Assembly: GCA_965116925.1 (NCBI GenBank)
Contig: OZ220744.1
Span: forward strand, 5,376,001-5,440,000
Length of the DNA stretch: 64,000 nt
Reading direction: 5' to 3'
Origin: Candidatus Poribacteria bacterium
Lineage (GTDB): Bacteria; Poribacteria; WGA-4E; PCPOR2b
Of the stretch, positions 49,979 to 60,700 are shown piece by piece. The translations under genes were made by a program, and so were the position numbers. Position 1 is the stretch's first letter. Every line of letters begins with the position of its first letter. Under the pieces are notes generated by a model. It saw only the letters and a program-made list of their open reading frames with translations, made no database searches and was not told the origin of the DNA.

Positions 49979-51201
49979 CTCTGCGAATGCCGGCACCATT
50001 CGTAGGGGCACCCCTTGTGGGTGCCCGCTTATTAGTATAGCACCGTATTTTTTAAAAGGAGATTCAGTTGAATACCAAAATATTTACCATATTTGTGTAT
50101 CTATTGGCGATTGTCGCGCTAATCCTAGGACTTTCCGCCTGTGATCAGATTGAGCAACTTCTTATCCCTACAACACCTCAGATGGAAGGTCTTAGCGGAG
50201 AAATTTCTATTGGTCTTGTTTACCCCATTACCGGGCGACTCGGCTCGGTTGGGATGGAGATGGAAAATGGCTTTGAACTAGCACTTGAAGATATCAATAA
50301 CTCACAACTCGGCAATACACAACTTAAGTTTATCACCGAGGACAGTCAGGGTAGCCCTGAAGGTGCTATCGCAGCCTTCAATAAACTTATCCATCAAGAC
50401 GGTGTGTCTGTAATCCTTGGACCTGCTACTTCAGGTGCAACCGAAGCGGCGTTCCCAATCGCACAACAGAACGGGGTGGTGGCGATAAGTGCTACCGCTG
50501 CTGCTCGCGATCTGAGCGCGATTGGGGACTTTGTTTTTCGCACTATTCTTACCACAGATGTGTTGATTACAAGCGGCATCAATGCTACGCAAGCGACACT
50601 CGGTTACCAGAAGGCGGCAATCATATATGATGAAACTGACCTCTTTTCAGCGGATGGTACTGAGGTAATGCGGGAAGCTCTCACTGCGAACGGTGTTGAG
50701 ATCTTGACCACGGAAACCTTCCAAAGCGGTGATACTGACTTTTCCGCACAGCTAACTCACATCAAGGACTTGAATCCCGACGTTATCTTTGTTTCCGCGT
50801 TGCCGCCAGATAAACCTGAGATTCTGATTCAAGCTCGCCAACTCGGTATACCTAGTTCAGTGCCCTTCATTATTAACACACTGACTACAACCGATGTACA
50901 AGCCGCGGGCGCTGCCGCTGAGGGTACAATCGCTTTTACCAGCTGGGTCAACACCGCTGACACACCGGGAAACCAAGCCTTTATTCAGAATTATCGCGCG
51001 AAGTATGGTATAGAACCAAACATCTGGGCGGCGCAGTCGTATGCTTCGGTTTATATTCTTGTCAAAGCAGTTGCTGATGCTCAGTCCACTGATGCGACCC
51101 CAATTCGAGACGCGCTAGCGAACATCACAGATTTGGACACTATTTTGGGACAATTCTCTTTTGACGCTGTTGGAGATGCAGTTTACGCCCCGGTTGTACT
51201 A

Positions 51202-52107
51202 TGGTAGATAATATAAATAAGTGAACATTATTTAGAAATGTGTTACGATATAAGTATTATGAGATATTCACCCGATTTACGCAAACGCGTCCTTGATTTC
51301 ATACAAGCCGGCGGCAGCAAAACAGAAGCCGCTAAACGGTTTAACGTCGGACGGACCACTATCTATAAGTGGCTAAACGCCCCGGATCCATTCGCTTATC
51401 AACGCCCCGGTCCCCGAGGGCCCCGGTCTATTGATTATGATGCGCTGAAACAACATGTTGCTGATTTTCCAGACCAGACCCTCAAAGAACGCGCCGTTCA
51501 TTTTGGAGTGTCGACCTTCTGTATAGGGTATAGCCTCAAACGGCTAGGGTACACGCGAAAAAAAAAGACCCTCGGTTATAAGGAGCGGTGCGATGAAAAA
51601 CGACACGCCTATCGTCAACAACTCGAACAAGTCAAAATCGTTGGTAAATCCGTAGTTTATGCCGATGAGAGTGGCTTTCGAGACGACGGTTATAGACGGT
51701 ATGGCTATGCGCCTTTAGGCACACCCGTGTTTGACCTTATATCCAGTCAACGCACTCGGACCACCACACTTATTGCCGCACGTTTTGAAGATACCTTCAC
51801 TGCGGCACGGTTATTTGAAGGCAGTTGCAAAGCCAACGATTTCAATGATTGGTTAGCCGGGCAGTTATGTCCACGCTTGACTTCAAAACACGTCGTAATC
51901 CTTGATAATGCACGACTTCACAAAACGCCAAAGACCCGACAGTTAATAGAGGCTTCAGGGGCGAGTCTGATGTTTTTACCCCCTTATTCCCCGGATTACA
52001 ATCCGATTGAACACGATTTTGCTAATATAAAGCGAATCCAACAATATCAAACAGAAATGTCTATTGAGGATATTATTCAAATGTATCAGTAATTCTATCA
52101 TCTACCA
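51202..52107 (+). mobile_element. IS630-family insertion sequence (906 bp), TA TSD
   Basis: TA|TGGTAGAT...ATCTACCA|TA; encodes a DDE transposase. Confidence 0.95.
51259..52092 (+). CDS. IS630 family transposase
   Basis: YSPDLRKRV HTH, DESG, LDNARLH, LPPYSPDYNPIE. Confidence 0.95.
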   Translation: MRYSPDLRKRVLDFIQAGGSKTEAAKRFNVGRTTIYKWLNAPDPFAYQRPGPRGPRSIDYDALKQHVADFPDQTLKERAVHFGVSTFCIGYSLKRLGYTRKKKTLGYKERCDEKRHAYRQQLEQVKIVGKSVVYADESGFRDDGYRRYGYAPLGTPVFDLISSQRTRTTTLIAARFEDTFTAARLFEGSCKANDFNDWLAGQLCPRLTSKHVVILDNARLHKTPKTRQLIEASGASLMFLPPYSPDYNPIEHDFANIKRIQQYQTEMSIEDIIQMYQ

Positions 52108-52242
52108 TAATTGTCAAAAACGGTGAATTTCAAATCTTTGAGTAAGCCTCCACATGCCAGAAAGATTCATAGTAGGGGCACCCCTTGCAAGTGCCCTTTC
52201 AGGGTAATAGTACGTTTTGTAGTTAAAAAAAGGAGATTCAAT

Positions 52243-53415
52243 ATGAAAATTCAAAAGTTCACCACATTTGCGTTTGTCTTGGCACTTACCTCGCTGATTG
52301 CGGGCCTCTCCGCATGTGACCAAATCCAGCAGCTTCTTCTCCCTGCAACACCTCAGATGGAAGGACTCAGTGGCGAGATTGCCATTGGTGCTGTCCATCC
52401 CATCACGGGACGGCTTGGTCTAGAGAACCCACCGCTGGGACAAGGTTTTGAACTCGCTGTCACAGAGATAAACAATTCACAACTCAGCGACGTAAAAATC
52501 AAACTCATCGTCGAGGATGGTCAGAGCACCGTTGAGGGTGCCGTTGAAGCATTCAATAAATTGATTCATCAGGAGGGTGTGTCCGCTATCCTCGGGCCCG
52601 CCACCTCAATGCAGGCACAAGCAGTGTTTCCAATCGCACAACAGAACCGAGTTGTAGCGATAAGTCCCACTTCTGCCGCCCGCGGTCTCAGCGCGGTTGG
52701 TGATTTTATCTTTCGCATCGCCCCCACCACGGATGTATTGATTCCAAGCGGCATCCGGATAACTCAAGAAAAACTCGGCTATCAGAAAGTAGCAACCATA
52801 TATGATGAAGCCGATCTTTTCTCCACCGATAGCGAATCAGTTGTGAAAGAAGCCCTCGCCGCAAACGGCATTGAGATCCTGACTACGGAGACCTTCCAAA
52901 CCGGCGAGACTGACTTTTCGGCACAATTGACTCGCATCAAGGAGTCAAATCCTGACGCCATCTTTATCTCAGCACCGGTAATAGAAACCCCAGAGATCCT
53001 GGTTCAAGGACGTCAACTTGGGATTCCTACCGATATTCCCTTCCTTATTACCTTTACCCTCGCCTCAAGTCAAATTGAACCCGCAGGTGATGCCGCTGAA
53101 GGAGCGATCACCTTTACTAGCTGGATTAGCACCGCTGACACGCCGGGAAATCAAGCCTTCGTCCAGAATTACCAATCAGCATACGGCATCGAACCGGACG
53201 TCTGGGCAGCACAGTCGTATGCCACTGTTTATATTCTCGCCAAAGCGATTGCCGATGCCCAATCCGCCGATCCAAGTGCAATCCGAGATGCACTCGCCAA
53301 CATCACAGATTTTGACACCATTCTGGGTAAGTTCTCTTTTAACGATGTTGGTGATGCCGTTTATGACCCGATTGTACTGATTGTCAAAGATGGTGAATTC
53401 CAAGTCTTTGAGTAA
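52243..53415 (+). CDS. LivJ/LivK-like ABC substrate-binding lipoprotein 6
   Basis: paralog; RBS AAGGAG. Confidence 0.9.
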   Translation: MKIQKFTTFAFVLALTSLIAGLSACDQIQQLLLPATPQMEGLSGEIAIGAVHPITGRLGLENPPLGQGFELAVTEINNSQLSDVKIKLIVEDGQSTVEGAVEAFNKLIHQEGVSAILGPATSMQAQAVFPIAQQNRVVAISPTSAARGLSAVGDFIFRIAPTTDVLIPSGIRITQEKLGYQKVATIYDEADLFSTDSESVVKEALAANGIEILTTETFQTGETDFSAQLTRIKESNPDAIFISAPVIETPEILVQGRQLGIPTDIPFLITFTLASSQIEPAGDAAEGAITFTSWISTADTPGNQAFVQNYQSAYGIEPDVWAAQSYATVYILAKAIADAQSADPSAIRDALANITDFDTILGKFSFNDVGDAVYDPIVLIVKDGEFQVFE

Positions 53416-53508
53416 AGTTCCAAATCCCAGCACGATTCGTAGGGGCGCACCTTGTGGACGCTCTTTGAGAACGCCGCCGCTTTTTTTACTAAGAAAAGGA
53501 AATTTGAT

Positions 53509-54675
53509 ATGACTATCAGACGATTTACCAGATTTACGCTTGTCTTGACAATTGTTGCTCTGATTACGGGACTTTCTGCCTGTGACCAGAGAGGGCAGCT
53601 TCTTATCCCCACAACGCCTCAGATGGAAGGACTCAATGGGGAGATTCCCATCGGCGTTGTCTTGCCGAGTACAGGGAGGCTCGCCGCGATTGGCTTACGG
53701 ATGGAAGAAGGTTTTGATCTAGCACGTGAAGAGATTAACAAACGCCCCAGCGGTGTGAGAATTAAGTTCATCATTGAGGACGATGAGACTAACGTTGAGG
53801 GTGCCATTGAAGCATTCAATAAACTGATCCACCAAGATGGCGTACCTGCTATTCTCGGTCCTGCCAGCTCAAGCGCGGCAAGAGAAACATTCCCAATCGC
53901 ACAGCAGAACCAAGTTGTCGCACTCAGCCCAACCTCGGGTGCCTCCGGCTTGAGCGCGATTGGTGATTTTGTCTTTCGTGCCAGCCTCACCGCAGATGTG
54001 GTTATCCCACACAGTGTCAGGCTGACGCACGCAAAGCTCGGCTATCAACGGGTAGTAACCATCGTTGACAGCGTCGAACTCGTCGCCCGGAATAGCGACA
54101 AGGTGTGGCGGGAAGCCCTCGTCGAAAGGGGTGTCGAGATTCTGACCACGGAAGTCTTCCAAAGTGGGGATACCGACCTGTCCGAACAACTAACTCGCAT
54201 CAAGAACCTAAATCCTGATGTCATCTTTATCTCCGCTTTGCCAACAGATATGCCTGACATTATGATTCAAGCACGTGAACTCGGTATTCCCTACTCAATC
54301 CCCTTTATCGTCGCCCAAGTTAGTGTAGATGAACTCCGAGCCGCCGGCGATGCCGCCGAAGGTCTGATAACCTCTGCAAGCTGGCTCAGCACCGCTGAAA
54401 CGCCGGGAAACCAAGCCTTCGTTCAGAATTATACCGAGAAATACGGCGTTGAGCCGAGCATCTGGGCAGCGCAGTCGTATGCATCCCTCTACATTCTCGC
54501 AGAGGCGATCGCCAACGCTCAATCTACCGATTCAACCGCTATTCGGGACGCGATGGCAAATCTCTCCGATTTTGATACTGTCTTGGGTAAATTTTCTTTT
54601 AACGCCGTCGGAGACACGGTTTATGATCCGATTATGCTAATCGTCAAGGACGGCGAGTTTCATGCCTTTGAGTAA
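53509..54675 (+). CDS. LivJ/LivK-like ABC substrate-binding lipoprotein 7
   Basis: paralog; RBS AAGGA. Confidence 0.9.
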   Translation: MTIRRFTRFTLVLTIVALITGLSACDQRGQLLIPTTPQMEGLNGEIPIGVVLPSTGRLAAIGLRMEEGFDLAREEINKRPSGVRIKFIIEDDETNVEGAIEAFNKLIHQDGVPAILGPASSSAARETFPIAQQNQVVALSPTSGASGLSAIGDFVFRASLTADVVIPHSVRLTHAKLGYQRVVTIVDSVELVARNSDKVWREALVERGVEILTTEVFQSGDTDLSEQLTRIKNLNPDVIFISALPTDMPDIMIQARELGIPYSIPFIVAQVSVDELRAAGDAAEGLITSASWLSTAETPGNQAFVQNYTEKYGVEPSIWAAQSYASLYILAEAIANAQSTDSTAIRDAMANLSDFDTVLGKFSFNAVGDTVYDPIMLIVKDGEFHAFE

Positions 54676-54717
54676 ATTCTGATTCAGATTACTTCCCAAC
54701 CCAGCACCGAGGAACAC

Positions 54718-55644
54718 ATGACCGTGCGAAAACAGAGTGCTCTGCTCCTCCTCCTTATCTGTGTGCTCGCGGCGTGTTCAGAACGTGACGATAATCCCAT
54801 TGTCGAGACAGATATCCCCAAGGAGCTAGCTGAGGAGTATACTCCAACCGAGCAGGGCGCATCGACATTCCGTCTCGCTGCATGGAATATCCGCATCTTT
54901 AGCAATGGCAGCCGGAATGACGAGGAGTTACGCCACATCGCCAAAGTGCTGATACGCTACGACTTTATCGCTATTGTTGAGTTGAGAGATGAGACAGTTT
55001 TGAGACGAACCGAAATGGTCTTGGAAGGCATGGGAAGGGATTACGACTACGTGATGAGTCCACTAGTCGGGGCAACAGTGAAGGAACGCTATGCCTTCCT
55101 GTTTGACCCGCGGATAGTCCGTGTTATCGAAGGTGGGGAGGTGTTCCCTGACCCCAAAGATGTCTTTCTGCGTGAACCGTATTTCGCCACCTTCAAGGCA
55201 GGCGAGTTTGACTTTACTGCAATCGCCGTGCATGTGATTTGGGGCGATTCGGTCCAACGGCGTCAGCGCGAGGTGCAGGAATTGGCGGATGTGTATCAGG
55301 CGGTGCAAGCGGCGGACGATACGGAACAGGACGTTATACTGTTAGGCGATTTTAATCGCAACCCTGATGATCAATTGGCGTACCGTCGGCTGCTGTCCAT
55401 CCCATCAATGCGACATCTGTTCCAATTCCCACAGAAGTCCCATATCAAAGATACCAGCCTCTACGACAACATCTTTTTCCAAACGCACCATGTGACCGAG
55501 TATACCGGAGACAGCGGGATTGAACGTTTCGACGAGATTCATTTCGGGAACGACGACGCTGCGGCATCACTAGCGGTAAGCGACCACCGACCTGTGTGGG
55601 GGATTTTTCGTACAGATGTAGACGACGATGGTTTACACCCTTGA
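54718..55644 (+). CDS. DNase I-like endonuclease/exonuclease/phosphatase lipoprotein
   Basis: lipobox LAAC; AAWNIRIF, ERYAF, REPY, LGDFN, YDNI, SDHRPV. Confidence 0.88.
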   Translation: MTVRKQSALLLLLICVLAACSERDDNPIVETDIPKELAEEYTPTEQGASTFRLAAWNIRIFSNGSRNDEELRHIAKVLIRYDFIAIVELRDETVLRRTEMVLEGMGRDYDYVMSPLVGATVKERYAFLFDPRIVRVIEGGEVFPDPKDVFLREPYFATFKAGEFDFTAIAVHVIWGDSVQRRQREVQELADVYQAVQAADDTEQDVILLGDFNRNPDDQLAYRRLLSIPSMRHLFQFPQKSHIKDTSLYDNIFFQTHHVTEYTGDSGIERFDEIHFGNDDAAASLAVSDHRPVWGIFRTDVDDDGLHP

Positions 55645-55686
55645 TGCTCCTAATGGATTGGTAAATTCATCAGACAATAAAAAAAT

Positions 55687-55804
55687 GGCTTATATAAAAA
55701 AAGAGTGCAATTACGGTGAAAGGGGTGAGGGTGGGGAAACCAGATGCCCCGCCTACGGTTTTTGAGGTAAGTCGGCCCTGTTGCACTAAATCTTAACATG
55801 AGCG
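55687..55804. mobile_element. IS1595-like MITE with REP, left copy of putative composite
   Basis: direct repeat of 57583-57696; related to 38195-38309. Confidence 0.8.
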
Positions 55805-55973
55805 AACCGAGAAAAGAAGACACAGACCACACTCCCGCAAAAGCGGGGGTAGGAACGGTGGACTGTCCCTGTCGAACATTCACAACGCCGATATACTGTG
55901 CCGGTAGCAGCGAAAAACTAGACGCTGATTTCATGTGGACATTCTATAAGTTGATTGGTGAACGCAAAGGGAT

Positions 55974-57227
55974 TTATCTTTGTGAATCATCCGGCGCGGC
56001 TAACACGCAGGCGTAGTGTTCCCCAACGGCTATGCTCATCGGCCGACACATCTGAAGCAGCGTAGTAGATAAAAAGTTGTTTTCTGGCACCTTAATCTCC
56101 TTATCCACTTTAACAAGGCGGATAATAGAAAAGAACCCCTTCGCATTGGCTACGTACAGCAGATTGCCCGAAATCTGAAAGTCTGTGACAGCCCCCATGG
56201 TCAACCTGTCGTCTATATCTATCGTCTCGCACACCTGATCTGGGGTAATTTGCTGAATCTTTCCATCACTAACAGTATACGCAATGGGCGTTTTGCTGCG
56301 AGCGAAGGTCTTTTGCCCTATCGCGGAGAAGCGGTCGAGACACCACCCCTCCATATCATAGTAGCTAACGCGTGTCCTTGTCCGAATATCACTAATGCTG
56401 CAGGCACTGTAAATCAGTAGATCGCAGGGTGTTGGCGTTAGAGTGCCTCCCAGACTCTCCAGTACCAGAAAATCAGACGATGCACGGACTTTTTCCTGTT
56501 TGCTGTTGGAGAGCTGTAAAAAACCGCGGCGAGACAGAAGCCCTGTCGGGAGGCCTCCGGGAAAAGTATCGTCTGAAGTGGAGAACAGAATCTGTTTCAC
56601 ACCGAGCCTTGCGTCCTTCGGCTGCAACACCCACCAGCGGGGCGATATTTCAACAACTTTGACGAGTCGAGCCTGTCCAAGAGCGATAGAAAAAATGTAC
56701 AGAGAGTCATTCGCACCCATAACATAGAGGTACAACCCACGAACATCAAAGTCTTTGATTACGTTTCGCTGGGGTAAATACATGGTCGATTGAAGTACAG
56801 GGTGCGCCGGCTGTGAAATATCAACGAGATGAAACTCTTGAGAGCTCGCTACAACGAGCTGGTTTCCAGAGATAACGGCTTTGCCGATTTCATCAGCAAA
56901 CTCGATAGATGTCAAGTATGAGGGACGTTGTAAGCTAGAGACATCAATGACGTGTAGGTGCCTTTCGGTCGTGACATACGCATGTTTTCCTGAAATCACG
57001 ACGGTGTTGTTTGGACGAACACGAAACGGAAGATGAATAGAAACTTCAACTGTCGGATATTCCACATCTTCCATCTCTATAATAGTGAAAATGCTCTCTT
57101 GTGGTTTTGCGGAGGTAATGGTTTCTGAGTTTGGCTTAACCTCTCTGACACTACACCCAAAGTTCACAAATATGAAGCACACTACACTCAGAAGAGTAAA
57201 CATTGATGGGGCAAAAACTTTTTTCAT
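55974..57227 (-). CDS. LVIVD-repeat beta-propeller lipoprotein
   Basis: lipobox NFGC; GKHAYV..LHVIDVS, LVDISQP, GNLLYVAN repeats. Confidence 0.65.
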   Translation of the reverse strand: MKKVFAPSMFTLLSVVCFIFVNFGCSVREVKPNSETITSAKPQESIFTIIEMEDVEYPTVEVSIHLPFRVRPNNTVVISGKHAYVTTERHLHVIDVSSLQRPSYLTSIEFADEIGKAVISGNQLVVASSQEFHLVDISQPAHPVLQSTMYLPQRNVIKDFDVRGLYLYVMGANDSLYIFSIALGQARLVKVVEISPRWWVLQPKDARLGVKQILFSTSDDTFPGGLPTGLLSRRGFLQLSNSKQEKVRASSDFLVLESLGGTLTPTPCDLLIYSACSISDIRTRTRVSYYDMEGWCLDRFSAIGQKTFARSKTPIAYTVSDGKIQQITPDQVCETIDIDDRLTMGAVTDFQISGNLLYVANAKGFFSIIRLVKVDKEIKVPENNFLSTTLLQMCRPMSIAVGEHYACVLAAPDDSQR

Positions 57228-57416
57228 TGTTCTTTCTCCTATTCTGTTACAATTACATGCGTTATCTCATGCGGATCCTAGGAGGGTAGACCACGTAGTC
57301 AAACTTCCAGCAATTCTCCACCATGTAGCACATCAGATAATCGTTTAACTTCACCGGCCCGTACCCGCGAGCATGATTTCAACTAAAGTAATCCCTAGTG
57401 GAATCAATGACTTTGG

Positions 57417-57582
57417 TTATAGGACCCCGATGAGAAGCCAAATCCCCAGTCCAAATAACAATACTCCTGTCCCAACTTTCACGAGCATCAGATGCCGTTG
57501 TAATACACCACCCAGTTGCATCGACATCGTTCCCCAATACACAAGCCCAAACACCACAACTAGCGGCACGATAAACATCAGA
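57417..57582 (-). pseudogene. 3' fragment of a CcdA-like membrane protein gene, truncated by the MITE
   Basis: LMFIVPLVVVFGLVYWG..HLMLVKVGTGVLLFGLG begins exactly at the MITE edge. Confidence 0.55.
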
Positions 57583-57696
57583 GGCTCATGTAAAAAAGAG
57601 TGCAATTACGGTGAAAGGGGTGAGGGCGGAGCAAGATGCCCCGCCTACGATTTTTGAGGTAAGTCGGCCCTGTTGCACTAAACCTTAATATGAGGC
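57583..57696. mobile_element. IS1595-like MITE with REP, right copy of putative composite
   Basis: GGCTCATGTAAAAAAGAGTGCAA ... TTGCACTAAACCTTAATATGAGGC. Confidence 0.8.
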
Positions 57697-57739
57697 AAAA
57701 AAATATCAAAGGTATCTACCCCCACCAGTTTCCCTCCGT

Positions 57740-60700
57740 TCAGTCCGCAAGCAGAATTTGGATTTGATCTTCAAGTTCATCGTCCCAGGTATGTCCGGTG
57801 ATTTTTCCCACTGTATTAATCAGAACAATCGGTGGCCACCTGATGGCGTATCGATCGAAGGTTTCGCCATCTGCACCGATGATCGTTGTCGGCTGATCTA
57901 GCGCAATTGAGTGAGATAGCGACTGTTCCGCTATATGTCGCTTGACCGTCTCTACTGCTGCCGTGGCGGGGCAGATGGTGATACAGACCAGTCCTTTTTC
58001 TCGATAGACCTCCTGCAGGGCATCTAACAGGCGTACTTGATGAAGGTCAAAGTCCCACGAATACCAAAAATGTAGGGCAACTGTCTTTCCCTTCAAATCT
58101 CCAATGGAGATAGGGGAGCCGGATAGCCACTCGGCAATACTCAACTCCGGTGCGGGTTGGTTCACCAAGGTTTCGGCACGTTCTTCGACGGCCTTGAAGT
58201 AAGCGCGCTCTGCTTCCCGTTTTGCTCGCTTTTCTGGGGTCGGCTCTGGTCTCGGTTCAGGCGGTGTCAGAGTTAAGACGAGATCGCGCTGATTCACTGC
58301 AATATCCTTAAAAGTTTTGTAGTCTTGGTCCTTAGCAGCATAGATTGACACCGTCGGATCCTTGATGTGCTTCAGTTCAAATTCGCCATATATGTTGGTG
58401 CGAACGCCACTGTAGATGTAGCCGGAGCTAGATTCTTCCTCTGTCTCCACCCTCATCCTCGCTCGCTCAATAGGTTTGCCATCAACATCCACCACCTTCC
58501 CAGTAAGGTATCCATCCGCCTTAACCAACACCAAGTCGTGATGTTGGTTGGTTTTCAAGATTTTAAATTGATGGTGTGCGTACTCTGGATGATTAATGGC
58601 CAGTTCGATAATAACAGCCATAGAAAGACCGTCTAACCGATAATCGCCGTTTTTATCGGTGCGTGCCTCCCAGAGTTCTGAACTCTGCTGTGTGAGTACT
58701 CGTGCACCACGGACCGGGACACCAGAGGTGTCGGTGACACGCCCTTCAAGGAAAAACTGACTGCCGACCGGTGACAGGACGAGATCCGCGATTTGGGTCA
58801 TTTCCGTCGTTGGGGTGAGCGTCTCGGTTTTCGCCTCCCGATACCCTTCTGCCTTCGCAGAAATTACGTACTCATCTCCAACGATAAGTCCAATTTCCCG
58901 GAACCAGCCATTGCCATCTGTCACAGTGACGATTCTACTACGTCCTCTGCGCAGCTGAGGTTCCCAACGCATCAGGCTAATGTTCGCCGATGGCATCGGT
59001 TCCCCTGCGCGGTTGACCACTCGCCCGGAGATCTTGACTTGCTCGTACTGTTCCATCTGAATCTCAACCGACGCGCCCGGTTGGACTTTGACCTCCGCCT
59101 TGCCACGTAATCTCAATCCGCTATGTTCCGCTTTGAGATTAAGACTCTGTCCGGTCTGCAATCCACCAACAGTAAACATCCCCAATTTGTCGGAGATGCC
59201 ATACTCCTTATGCCATACCTGCATGTCGGTAATTCTCGCACCGACGACCGGCTCACCAGTCTCCGCCAAAATGCGCCCCATCAACTCGATCCCTTTTGAA
59301 AACTGAAAATCAACAGCGACAGTTTCAGTTTCAGCGACATCCACATATTTCTTAATCTGCCCTACATTCTGATAATTCTCTGGTGCGCTGGTGTAGACCT
59401 TCGCCCGGCCGGGCGCGGCGTGGAAGCGATACCTACCGGTTTCATCCGTTTCCGTACCGTGAACCGCCGCCTGAGATTCTGGACGGGCAGCGTCGTGAAA
59501 ACTGATGTGGTGGTTGACAATCGGCTCGTTTGTGTCTTGGTCGGTCACCCGCCCAGTGATGAAGCCTCCCCTAACGAGGGTCAGGTCGATCTTGGAGACA
59601 GTCTGTCCTTCAGTAACTCTAATTAGTTCCTTGGCGACAGCTGTCCACCCCTCTGGACCCTTATTGAGATAGAGATTGTACATACCAGCGGGGAGGTTTT
59701 TCAAGAAATAGTTTCCATTTGCATCAACGTTTGCCCGTCCCCACCCGGTAGTTGGATGTATGCCCTGGAGTGCAACTGATGCATCCTTGACTGGTGCGCC
59801 GGTATCTGCGTAGGTAAGATGTCCCTCAATCCTGCCCTCAGGCTTCAGCCGGAATTCCAGTCCCTTCGTATCAACTGGCACCTGAAAGTGCATCTCCTGT
59901 GCGTATCCTGGTCCTTTAATCTCAAGGTTTGTTTTCACATTTTCCGGCAGTCCGCGGAGCACAAACAGTCCATTTGTATCGGTCTTGGCGGGAGGACTAG
60001 GTATCTCGTCTATCCCTAATCCAACTCCGCCTCCGCGTACTCCCGGCCTCCAGTTGGCACTGAACAGGTATTGGATGCGTACCTCCGCGTTCTGGATCGG
60101 CTCGTCCGCTTCGTTCATAATTCTGCCAGAGATGATTCCCGGCGTTGCGAGTTGAATCTTGACATCCGTCGTGCTTTGGGGTTGAAGGCTTTGCCATCCA
60201 ATCGCGTGATCAGGGTGCGTGGCAACAATGCTCACACGATCCCACCTCTTGAGTTCAAGACGTGGAAATTCAAAGCGAAACTTCCCATCTATTCCCGTGC
60301 GCGTGGCAGGTTCGGATGAATTGTCCCCTACGGAGTATAGCACTTCAGCATCTGCCACCGGTACACCATTGTTGTCAACGACGTTACCGGAAAAGATCAG
60401 TTTTTCGGCACCGTCGTCCGCTACAACAGCGGAGCGTTGTGCTTCGCCGGCACTTCCCGGCGTTGCTCTACGGGCAGCCAATTGACGGCCCTGCCCCTCT
60501 GAAGTAGGGCTAGAAGCGGTTCGTGGACGGTTTTCTGTTTGCGTCGGGGCAACCGGGATTGATGTGCGTGTTGCATCGGCGATAGGTGTCAGCAGTATCA
60601 CCTCGGTTGTCTCCTCTATTCCGATTCGATCTATTGACAGACTCATTGACGAATCGGTTCCATACCTAGCAATTCCGATTAAAACACATACTGCCATGAC

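Larger units (their letters stand above)
50068..52145 (+). pseudogene. LivJ/LivK-like lipoprotein 5, interrupted near its 3' end by IS630
   Basis: ORF stops at 51207 inside the IS; remaining IVKNGEFQIFE* at 52110-52145 is in frame after excision. Confidence 0.9.
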
